Shown in pieces: positions 46,801 through 58,800 of a DNA stretch of 64,000 bases. The stretch's first letter is position 1, and each line of letters begins with the position of its first letter. The position numbers were made by a program, and so were the translations under genes. Under the pieces are notes generated by a model. The model was not told where the DNA came from and made no database searches. It saw only the letters and a list, made by a program, of their open reading frames with translations. The stretch covers positions 1-64,000 of the forward strand of contig NIVC01001155.1 in NCBI GenBank assembly GCA_002269645.1, written 5' to 3'. The stretch comes from Macrostomum lignano (taxonomy: Eukaryota).

Positions 46801-49800
46801 TTACTGGTTTTAGCTGCCAGCTTGAATATCGAAGAGTTGAGAGGCCAGTTTGATTATTGATTAGTTAGGAGGCCAGTTCCATTATCGATTAGTTAGGAGG
46901 CCAGTTCCATTATCGATTAGTTAGGAGGCCAGTTCCATTATCGATTAATTAGGAGGCCAGTTCCATTATCGATTAGTTAGGAGGCCAGTTCCATTATCGA
47001 TTAATTAGGAGGCCAGTTCCATTATCGATTAGTTAGGAGGCCAGTTTCATTATCGATTAGTTAGGAGGCCAGTTTGATTATCGATTAGTTAGGAGGCCAG
47101 TTCCATTATCGATTAGTTAGGAGGCCAGTTCCATTATCGATTAGTTAGGAGGCCAGTTCCATTATCGATTAGTTAGGAGGCCAGTTCCATTATCGATTAG
47201 TTAGGAGGCCAGTTCCATTATCAATTAGTTAGGAGGCCAGTTCCATTATCGATTAGTTAGGAGGCCAGTTTCATTATCGATTAGTTAGGAGGCCAGTTCC
47301 ATTATCGATTAGTTAGGAGGCCAGTTCCATTATCGATTAGTTAGGAGGCCAGTTTGATTATCGATTAGTTAGGAGGCCAGTTCCATTATCGATTAGTTAG
47401 GAGGCCAGTTCCATTATCGATTAGTTAGAAGGCCAGTTCCATTATCGATTAGTTAGGAGGCCAGTTCCGTTAACGATTAAAAGTCTAGCTTAAACATCAG
47501 TTTGCCAGCACTGCACCAGTCCCCTTCAACTCCCGCAGCACCCAGCAAACCGCAGAATATCCGCCTACTGGCATCAACGGCAACCCAGCTGAAGGTGGGC
47601 TGGGACCCCTCAGCCAGCGGGTCAGTTCGCACCTACATTGTCTATTGCGATGGCAGGCAGGTGGACTGCACGACAGAGACAACTAGCATTATATCGGGCT
47701 TGAGTCCGTGTACTCAGTACTCTATACAGGTATGTCAAGAAATATTGCCATTAACGTAGTGCTTCAACTTGAATCCTATAATTAAAAGCGAAACAAAATG
47801 ATTGTTAGTTACTTTACTTTCAAGATCCAGAAGCTATAACGATACAAACTTCTGCGGTAAATTTCATGGTCGAAAATGATAATTTTCAAGTTTGTTTCTT
47901 TGCATGCGTTTGAAGCTGGATTTTGTCTGCATCACTTCAGTGTATCACCTCAAGGCTGTATTGAAAAGTTTTTTTACTTTCTACATTCTCTTTGCTTGAA
48001 GATTTGACGTTCAACTGTCACAGAAAAGATGAAATTGATGTACATGTACTTCTCACTTCATGGAAATTAGAACTATAAGCGCAGTATATGCTATCTCTGT
48101 GCATTTAAGTGGAGTAGTCTTCACATTAGGCTTTAAATTTTAAAAAGAATTTTAAGCCTTTCTATTTAAAGTGTGCATTGAGAGACGAGTGGAAATAGCG
48201 GCGATTCAATGTACGTTTGGGGGACGAGTAGAAGCAGGGGTGGGGGAGTCATTCAATGTACATTAGGGGACGAGTAGAAGCAGGGGTGGGGGAGTCATTC
48301 AATGTACATTAGGGGACGAGTGGAAGCAGGGGTGGATGAGTCATTCAATGTACATTAGAGGGACGAGTGGAAGCAGGGTTTGACGAGTCACTCAGTGTAA
48401 ATAAAGGACCGAATGAAGGCACAGTTGAATCCATGAAATGCAGATTTTTTACTTTAAATTGCTGAGTTTTTTAAGTGTCTCCTGATTTCATTTCTTGTTA
48501 TCTGTGATCTTATAATCGTTGTTGCTCACAAAGACACTAGCTAACTAATTTATTAATGTTTTCAGGTATGCGCTTCTTCAAGCAAAGGCAAAAGTGAGCG
48601 AGCTGTCCTGCAGGCAACCACTTTAGATTTGGGTGAGTTGATAAAATTCACAAGTAAATACTGATTTTCAAAGTAGTATATTTCGTTTTGCTCAAATAAT
48701 TGTCAGGAGCTCATGCACCTCCAAAGCCGCAAGTGACGGTGCTTGGCAGGCACGAGATGTCGGTTACCTGGGAGATACCGGAGCAGCCTCTCGGCCGCAT
48801 CAATCATTACAATGTGGTGCTCAACGGAAAGAAAGTAGTTTACACTGGCACCGATATGACCTGCAAAGTTACTTCACTGACTGCTGATACCGAATACTTA
48901 GTCACGGTAATGCCGATCAGAGAATTATCGCATTACACTACTCTTAGTAAGCTGATGAAAGCGCAACAAAATAATTCGTTCCTACGCCACTTCAGGTTGT
49001 CGTAGTCACTAACGAAGGCAAAGCTGAGAGTAAAGCCACGAAAAAACGAACAGCTAAGGATGAATGTGAGATTTAAATTTTGAAACCAATGATCATGTTT
49101 TAAATGATCCACCATAAGGCTGGGCCTTTAAGCTTAACTGATTTCTGTTGTTAAAGTTCTTCTGATGTTTTTAAGAAACTTAGGATAGTAAAAGGGTTCA
49201 CTACGAGACAACTGCACAACTGCAGGGGAAGCATATTTGAAATTAAAGTTTTTTGTAGGACCTTGGCATTACCTTGCCTTGGGCCTTGGGTGATCAGAGT
49301 TTGTAATATTAATAATGTATTGAATAATATTTGATTACACCTGCCCCTAATGGGCAGATGTGCAACCGACAGCTCAGCCGCAGCTATTGCGCGGCGCATC
49401 TGAAGGCTGCGTACGGCTGTTCAGTCCAAGGACTGGGGGGTCGCCACTCACACCCTCAATTACCCCAGCTAATGCTGGCACCCATTTTACAGCTGGGTGA
49501 ACTGAAGAAATGCAGAGTTAAGTGTCTTGCTGGCTCAATAACACAAATTGTTTCAAGTAGGTCGAGAATCGAACCCCCTACCTTTCACTAGTAAGTCCGA
49601 TGCTCTAGCCACTAGGCTAACCCCCCCCTCAGAGTTTGTGCAGCCATCTAAAATATTAATTAAACTGCATTATGTTTCCTACATCGAAATTTAGCCTCTC
49701 CAATCCTTGCCAACATGCAGTTGATCCCCAGAGAGCACCTCTGTGGGCACCGAACAGGCGCTCCTCGCAGACCAGCTTGGCAACTGGTGAACCACCTGCA

Positions 49801-52800
49801 GGATCCGCAGGGGATAGCGATAACAGGCGAGGATCTTTGGCTAAGGTGAGACCTGTCTAACTTTCGAGTGATCCAATTAAAATCAGGAAAAAAAACTTTA
49901 AAATATACGGAATCATTCGACTCAAACTTTTGTCAAGATTGAGCAGTCCCGTTCGCTGAAGCCGCTAGCTGAGAAATCGGACACTTCACCTCCTGTGGCG
50001 GCTCCGCGACGGCGATCTCTGCCGCAGGCGCCGGAACCGAAGGTGAGACAACAACTGACATGGCTGGTTTACCGTCATTTCACTGTGGAATTCAGCAAAG
50101 TAGCCGGCGTCGTAGTTTGTTAACCATCACTTCAATGGACGTTTTATGACGTAAACTTACCAGAGCTTGTACAACAGCATGTTCAATAGATATCATAGCA
50201 TGTTCAATAGATATCATAGCATGTTCAATAGATATCATAGCATGTTCAATAGATATCATAGCATGTTCAATAGATATCATAGCATGTTCAATAGATATCA
50301 TAGCATGTTCAATGGATATCATAGCATGTTCAATGGATATCATAGCATGTTCAATAGATATCATAGCATGTTCAATGGATATCATAGCATGTTCAATAGA
50401 TATCATAGCATGTTCAATGGATATCATAGCATGTTCAATAGATATCATAGCATGTTCAATGGATATCATAGCATGTTCAATAGATATCATAGCATGTTCA
50501 ATAGATATCATAGCATGTTCAATAGATATCATAGCATGTTCAATGGATATCATAGCATGTTCAATGGATATCATAGCATGTTCAATGGATATCATAGCAT
50601 GTTAAAACAGACACCACAGCATCTCCATCTTCATACACACGTCAATCGTTAATTTCAATCCAGATACTCCGAGAGATCCGGGAGCCTCGCCAGGTGACCA
50701 GTCTGGCCCCAACCACCCTGGTGTTGGACAGGTTCGGCTCTGAGGGCGGCAGCCACCTGCGCCGAGTCGGCAACGAGGAGGTCCGCGCCTCGGCTCACCT
50801 TAGCGAGCGTCCGCGACCTCAGCCGCAGCCTCTGTCTCCGCTGCCGCCGACTCCACCGCTGCCAGACGTTGAGGCGGAACCTTCGCCGCCATCGCCGACG
50901 CCAGGATCTTCTTCGACAGCGTCTGACACTGGCAATCTCGACGCGTCAGCGAGCGCCGCCGTAGCTGCAGTTGCTGCCGTAGCTGCAGTTGCTGCCGCAG
51001 CTGCACCACAGCTGTCCAGCATGGTGAAGACTCAGCAGCAGTCCAACTTATTCTCATCGTCGATGAAACCTCGAAGAAACGCCAAAACCGAGCTGGAGCC
51101 GCTGTCCATCGGAGATGTGCGGCAACCCGCTCAGCAGCAGCAGCAACCGAAGAGGCAGCGCGTTCGACCACCGAATCGTCGACGAAAATCGCAAGAGTCA
51201 GTGTGGCTTCAAAGTAGATCACTGTGAGTTTTGCTAGCTAAATTCTGGTTCTGAGTGAGATGTGGCTTTGAGTTCTGGGTGAGATGTGTCTTTGAGTTCT
51301 GGGTGAGATGTGTCTTTGAGTTCTGGGTGAGATGTGTCCTTGAGTTCTGGATGAGATGTGTCTTTGAGTTCTGGGTGAGATGTGTCTTTGAGTTCTGGAT
51401 GAGATGTGTCTTTGAGTTCTGGGTGAGATGTGTCTTTGAGTTCTGGATGAGATGTGTCTTTGAGTTCTGGATGAGATGTGTCCTTGAGTTCTGGGTGAGA
51501 TGTGTCTTTGAGTTCTGGGTGAGATGTGTCTTTGAGTTCTGGGTGAGATGTGTCTTTGAGTTCTGGATGAGATGTGTCCTTGAGTTCTGGGTGAGATGTG
51601 TCTTTGAGTTCTGGGTGAGATGTGTCTTTGAGTTCTGGATGAGATGTGTCTTTGAGTTCTGGATGAGATGTGTCTTTGAGTTCTGGATGAGATGTGTCTT
51701 TGAGTTCTGGGTGAAGATGTGTCTTTGAGTTCTGGGTGAAGATGTGTCTTTGAGTTCTGGGTGAGATGTGTCTTTGAGTTCTGGGTGAAGATGTGTCTTT
51801 GAGTTCTGGATGAGATGTGTCTTTGAGTTCTGGATGAGATGTGTCCTTGAGTTCTGGGTGAGATGTGTCTTTGAGTTCTGGGTGAGATGTGTCTTTGAGT
51901 TCTGGATGAGATGTGTCTTTGAGTTCTGGGTGAGATGTGTCTTTGAGTTCTGGGTGAGATGTGTCTTTGAGTTCTGGGTGAGATGTGTCTTTGAGTTCTG
52001 GATGAGATGTGTCTTTGAGTTCTGGATGAGATGTGTCTTTGAGTTCTGGATGAGATGTGTCTTTGAGTTCTGGGTGAAGATGTGTCTTTGAGTTCTGGGT
52101 GAAGATGTGTCTTTGAGTTCTGGGTGAGATGTGTCTTTGAGTTCTGGGTGAAGATGTGTCTTTGAGTTCTGGATAAGATGTGTCTTTGAGTTCTGGATGA
52201 GATGTGTCCTTGAGTTCTGGGTGAGATGTGTCTTTGAGTTCTGTGTGAGAAGTGTCCTTGAGTTCTGGGTGAGATGTGTCTTTGAGTTCTGAGTGAGATA
52301 TGGCTTTGAGTTCTGGGTGAGATGTGTCCTTGAGTTCTGGGTGAGATGTGTCTTTGAGTTCTGGGGTGAGATATGTCTTTGAGTTCTGGGAGAGATATGT
52401 GCCATTGAGTTCTGGGTGAGATGTATCTTTGAGTTCTGAGTGAGATGTGTCATTGAGTTCTGGGTGAGATGTTGTCCTCGAGTTCTGGAGTGTGATATAC
52501 TTTTGAGTTCTGGTTGAGTTTCAACTTTTAGTTCTTTGGTTTTACAGACGGAGTTTCTAGGGCACGTGTTTCTAGAATAAATTCCATGTCAGCTAACGCA
52601 TTGGTGGCCTGTTTCACTATTTACAGCACAATGATTGATGCCAGCTCGTGGTTAAGTTTCAAAAAAGTTATTGGGTCAGTCAGTAAATTATAACAAATCT
52701 TTCTAAAAAAATAATTTATTTTTTATCTATCTTCCGCTATCAGAACTGAATTTTTAGTTTCTTAGTCTTTTCAAACTTTGCATCGCTTTGAACTTGCTGC

Positions 52801-55800
52801 TACTTGCTAAATGATTTGAAATTCTGTTTATTGATTAATTTTTTTACTATCACATTCGTATTTGTCAGGAACAATAAACTTTACCATTCCATAAAAAATT
52901 TCAATCAGTGTGAACAGAAAGCTAGCAAAAGACACAGACGACGGCGGTTCAAACGACAACGACGGGTCGGATGCTTTTGGAGGTCGACAGGTCGACTCAG
53001 CGACAAATTTGTCTGGCGCTGATGGCGCTAACATCGTCGGCGGTGGAGGACTGCTGAGTTTGAACTCTCGGTCAAGCACTGATAGGTGAGATGTTGTGCC
53101 ACTGTGGTGTGACGGGTGCTGTGGAGGATACATGTAAGTGCTATGGGGCGGTCGGTGCTTTGGGTAGTGAGTGCTATGGGGTAGTGGGTGCTATGGGGTG
53201 GTGGGTGCTGTGGGTGGTGGGTGCTGTTGGTCGGTGGGTGCTGTTGGTCGGTGGGTGCTGTTGGTCGGTGGGTGCTGTTGGTCGGTGGGTGCTATGGGGT
53301 GGTGGGTGCTGTGGGTGGTGGGTGCTGTTGGTCGGTGGGTGCTGTTGGTCGGTGGGTGCTGTTGGTCGGTGGGTGCTGTTGGTCGGTGGGTGCTGTTGGT
53401 CGGTGGGTGCTATAGGGTGGTGGGTGCTGTGGGGTGGTGGGTGGTGTGGGGTGGGGTGGTACCGCGCCCCTTTGAGGGTAGCCCACCAACCTTCTATCAT
53501 GGCCTTCGAGCCGTCTATGGATAAACAAGCTATTTCTAGGGACGGGGACCCTTCTAAACCCCAACCTCAGTCCGAAGGACCGGCCGGCCCTGCTGGCAGA
53601 TCCCAACCGACTGATTCAACTGTGGCAAAGGAAGGACCGGCTGGCTCTGCTGGCAGATCCGACCAGAGCTACCAAACTCAAAATACCCAAAGACCTGCCA
53701 GCTCCGCTGGTGGATCTAAGGGAACCGCGAGCTCTGAGCCTAAAGGACCGGCCAAATCTGGCAGATCCGACGAAGCTCAGCGGGCTCGGCTTGAGCGCAA
53801 ACGCGCTAAACAACGCGCCAAAAGGCAGGCCAAGAAGGGAGCTGCGGGGGCCAAAGCGGCGGCGTCCACCATGGATGCTGAAGCGACTGGCGTCCCAAGG
53901 CAACCAGACGGGCCGGCCGGTGGAAGCTCCGGTAGTTCAGCGGCGGCGCTCCCTGGAGATGCTGCTGCGGCTGCTGAGGCCGAAACCACGGCGCAACAAA
54001 TGGCCACTGCCAACAAGGAGGTTCCTTCGGGAGCTACCTTTGCGGCGAAGGCCAAGGCCAAAATCCCGGGAGTGATCATCCAAGGTCGCGACCAGGACTG
54101 GACCACTGATCAGCTTCAAAAAGTGTGGAGTGCTGTTGACTCCTATCTGATTGAGCTGACTGTCGAGGAGGGAATCTCCATCGGCATTGAGCGGATGGTG
54201 CTGCGAAGCACATTCGTTCTTATTGCTCCTAGCAGCGAGGAGGACGCTCGGCAGCTGCTCCAGCGGCTACCGACGGTCTCCTTGGATGCTGATCTTGGCG
54301 GAGCTCTTTTTCTTCGCGAGGGCCAGCGTCCAAAGACGATACCCTATGTGGTTTTCGTCCCTGCTAAGAGCACCGCAGCTGGACCAGACGTTATTCGCCG
54401 GGTCCTACTGCGTCTGAACCCCGACCTCCCTGCTAGTGGACTGGTGTATCACCGCAAAGTCCGCAGGGGGGAGACGGGCAACTCAATTGTCCTCGGCCTT
54501 TCCAGCACTTGGGCGAGTCGGTACCCTAATGGATCCTCTTTCCAGTTGGGTGCCCTCAAGCTCAAGATGCGCCGAGGAAAGTCTGCCAAAGGGAAGGCTT
54601 CTGCCAACCCCGGCATCTCCGGCAAGAGCGGGGCGCAGTCTAAGGCCCAAGGAAAGGCGCAAGCCGATCCCAAAGCCAAAGCTGCGTCTCGCCCCTCTGC
54701 TAGCAGCAGTTCGGCGACCGCGGTAACGGCTCCGGCCAAGCCCCGGGAACCAAACCTGCCAGTCGGAGAAGGAGTTGAGGACGAGGCCGGGTCTTCGGAA
54801 TCCGAGCTCTCCTCGGCCACCCTGGTGGGGTCTGAAGGTAAAGATGCAGGTGAGGAAGCTTCCTCCATCCTGTCATCGGAGCCTGAGGACTCTGCTGGGG
54901 GGCCGGTGGGGGTGAGGAGGCCATGGACGTCGACCAACTCCCATCTCCAGTCAAGCCCCAGCGGCCTGGGACGAGGACGATCTGTTGTCCAAGTCTCCTT
55001 GATGGCCCTGGGCTCTAGCCAGAAATTGCATTTAATACAGTATGACTAAGCTCCACGCTGCCAAAGGAGCGACATTCTGTCTGCAAATTAATTTACAGCA
55101 TTGCGTATCTGCGTCAGTAAATCTGATGAAGATTGCTGAGCTGTACAGGCCAGGCCTCATCCTGATCCAGGAACCCTGGATGCGCAACGGTAAGTTGCCC
55201 AACATTCCCTCTGGCTACTCTGATTTTTATGTGTGTGGCCCGGGGAACAGTCGCCCTAGAGCGGCTATCCTCGCTGCTAGCCATCTCCAGGCTTGGCTGA
55301 GGACTGATCTCTCTGATGGAGACCTTTGCGTCATCCAATCTAATCATTTCTCTCCGCGTACGTGTCTTGTTGCCTCGGTTTATATCCCAGGCGACAGAGA
55401 CCCTGCTCCTGAGAGTTTACTGCGCCTCGCGCAGTACTGCGAGTCCCAGAACGCTGAGCTGTGCTTAGGGGGCGACCTCAACGCGCACCACAAGCACTGG
55501 GGCTGCAAAGATACCAACACTAGAGGAGAGGAGCTTCTGGCCCTCATTTCTAACACAAACCTCATGCTCTGCAACCGCGCAGCACTCCTACCTTTAATAA
55601 TGGCAGATGGACTGAGGTCCTCGACGCCACACTCGTTACCCCAAGACTCTTTGACAGAGTTGAGGAGTGGAGAGTCTGATCTGAGGAGCCCTCCCTGTCT
55701 GACCACTGCTTTATCGCCTTTAACATCGCGGACACTAAAACCCAGTCTCCGATCACTTGGAGACGCAATATCCGCAACACTGATTGGGCGGCCTACAAGG

Positions 55801-58800
55801 CTGCCCTTGATCTGCACCTGCAGGAACTCACGGACTTACGTCCGATTGAGACCTGCGAGGATGTGGATCATATGGCTGAGACGCTGACAGGTTGCATTAT
55901 TGAAGCCTACGAAGCGGCTTGTCCTGCTCGCGCCTACAAAGGCAAGACCTCGGCGCCGTGGTGGAACCCGGAGCTGGGGAAACTCAGGCGGAAGGCCAAA
56001 AGCCTTCATCGCCGTGCCATGAAGACCGGAAACCCGGAGGACATGGAGCTTTTCCGGCAAGCCTCCCGCAATTTCAAATCTGAAGTGCGCAAGGCCAAGG
56101 AATGTAAGTGGCGCCAATTCTGCAATGAATTGGATCAAGACAGACCTACTTCTAGGCTTGTCAAGGCCCTTACAATGGACAAAATGTCCAAATTAGCCAT
56201 GATCAAAAAAGATGATGGCTCTCTTACTAAAGACCCTGAAGAAGTGCTTCAGCATATGCTTAGCACATTCTTCCCGAGGGTACCTACTGCTAGACCGGAG
56301 CCCAACCATTCGATGGATGGAGCCACCCTAGCGGCGGGCATTGTCACTGAAGACCTAATCGCTCGTGCGGTCAGAACCTTCAAACCCTTCAAATCTCCTG
56401 GACCTGATGGTATCTACCCTGTTCTCCTTCGTGAAGCAGCCAAGATACCCTCGTTCCTGAGACTCACCCGCAATCTTATGCGGGCCTCTATCCAGCTGGG
56501 ATACGTTCCCAAATGCTGGACTGAAGCTCGGGTAGTCTTTATTCCCAAACCTGGGAAGGGTGACTACCAAAGCGTCAAGGCCTTCCGGCCTATTAGCTTA
56601 ACGTCAGCAATGCTTAAGCTCACTGAGAGGCTTATTCTCTGGCGGCTGCTGTCCTGCGAGCTGACAGCGATGCCCCTCAGCAATAATCAGCACGCCTTCC
56701 GTACCGGGAGGTCGACTGACAGCGCCTTGCATGCGATTGTCGAGAAGATTGAAAGGGCGGTACTGGGTGACGGTTACGCTCTGGCTCTCTTTCTTGACAT
56801 TGTTGGCGCCTTCGACAACGTTATCTTTGAAGCGTTTCAGAGGCCCTTCAAAATCGCAAAGCTCATGCTACCCTCATACGGTGGATCATGTACATGATCT
56901 CCAACCGTACGGTCACTGCCCAACTTCTTGGGCAAACTGCCTCCACCAGAGTCTGTAAGGGTGGACCCCAAGGCGGAGTCCTCACCCCGACGCTCTGGAA
57001 CCTGGTCATGGACGCTCTTTTGAGTGACTCCCGACCCGACCCCGTCTTCAAAGTCGGGTATGCTGATGACGTCACGGCCATTGTGGCAGGAACGTCTCCC
57101 AGCACGCTCAGGGATCTGATGCAGAGCTTTATCCGCAAAGCAGAATCCTGGGCCAATGACAATGGTCTGGAACTCTCTGAGCCCAAAACCGTTGCCATTA
57201 TGTTTACCAGCAGACTACGCTGGAACATACGTCCTCTGCAGCTCTACGGCAGAGATATTGCCTTCGCGCACCAGACCAGATGTCTCGGGGTCATACTTGA
57301 CCACCGGCTCAACTGGTCCTCCCACGTGAAAGCAAAAGCCAAGCGTGCCTCAGCCATCCTGGCCCAGCTCCGACGAGCACTTGGCACTTCTTGGGGTCTA
57401 TCCCCAAAGCGGCTTTGGTGGATCTATACTTCCGTAGTTAGACCTGCCATTACGTACGCCTCTGTTGTCTGGGTTAGCGCTACCCAGGTCAAAAGCCATG
57501 CAGACCTGCTCAACACGATCCAAGGCAGAGCGTGTAGGCTCATCTGCAACGCCACCAGGTCCACGCCCTTTGCTGGCATGGGGGCCTTCCTTAATCTTCC
57601 GCCTCTTGACCTCTTCATCAGGGGTGAGGCGGCTAGAACGACGCGGCGTCTAATTGATGCCGGCGTCAAATTCATTTACATGAGAGCACCTGCTAAGCGG
57701 AACCTTGTCCCGCATAGCGATCTGTGCCTCAACTTTCTCAACGAGTGTCAGGCCAATCGCGTCTTCACCGATGGCATTGCCTCAACGCTCAACCTGAGAC
57801 AGCGCTACTCCGTAGCTATCGACTCGCGCGATAACATCAATGACCAATGGAACCCTGGTGAGCTTCATTGCTACACCGACGGTTCTAAGCAGTCAGCCAA
57901 CACCGGCTTTGGTGTTGGAATCTTTCTGAACGGGAGGGTCATCGCTACCCACGCTCAATACACTGGGGTCAACTCCAGTGTTTTCCAAAATGAAGTTCTG
58001 GCCATCAGCTCCTGCACTGCAGAGCTTCTCGCCACTGGCGTTACTGGTAAGAACATCATTTTCCATTCGGACAGCCAAGCTGCCTTGCACGCCATCAGTG
58101 GCTGCAGCACCAACTCTGCTACAGTCCTCGACTGTATCAAACTCCTCAACATGTTGGGTTCCGCCAACAAAATTACCCTTAAGTGGGTTCCGGGGCATGT
58201 GGGGATCCGAGGAAATGAGTTGGCTGACACCCTTGCAAAAGTTGGTGCCTCCGGCTCCTCTCTCGGCCCCGAACCTCTTGTCCCGATTCCTGGCTGTGTC
58301 ATCGACTCGCGCATCAAAGCGTGGATCAGGACTCAGCACCGCTCGACTTGGGCGAACCGCACGAACTGCAGGCAATCCAGAGGCGCTGTCCCTCAGCCCT
58401 CTCACCAGCTCCGGAAGCTCCTCTTGCGCCTCTCGCGCAGAGACATCCGGGCTGCCACCATGACCCTCTCTGGTCACGGCTGCTTCTCCAGGCACCAGTA
58501 CCTGCAGGGCAACGCCACCAACGCCACCTGTAGCTTCTGCAACTCAGGTGACGAAACCGCTGAGCATTTCGTCAGCATCTGTCCCGCCTTCACGCGGGCC
58601 AGACTCACTTACCTCGGGCCACACACATCTATTACTGAAGCGTGCAAACCCGAAAACTTTAATCAGCTCATGCGCTACCTTCGGGCCACCCGCAGGGCTG
58701 AACTCTCCTTTCCAGAGAGCACCATAGCTGCTGGCGACACTGGGGGACCTCCCTGGGCGGCGCCAACCCTCCGTCCATAGCGACGCGTCGGCCGTTCAGG

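Noticed and set aside
50092-52453. Long repetitive ORFs (MISIEHA)n, (TQNSKTHL)n, (VFEFWVRC)n
   Set aside because: Intronic 21- and 24-bp minisatellites whose unit length is divisible by 3.
53091-53498. Cys/Trp/Gly-rich N-terminal extension of the 652-aa ORF
   Set aside because: Read-through of the flanking minisatellite; the LINE ORF1 plausibly starts at ATG 53499.
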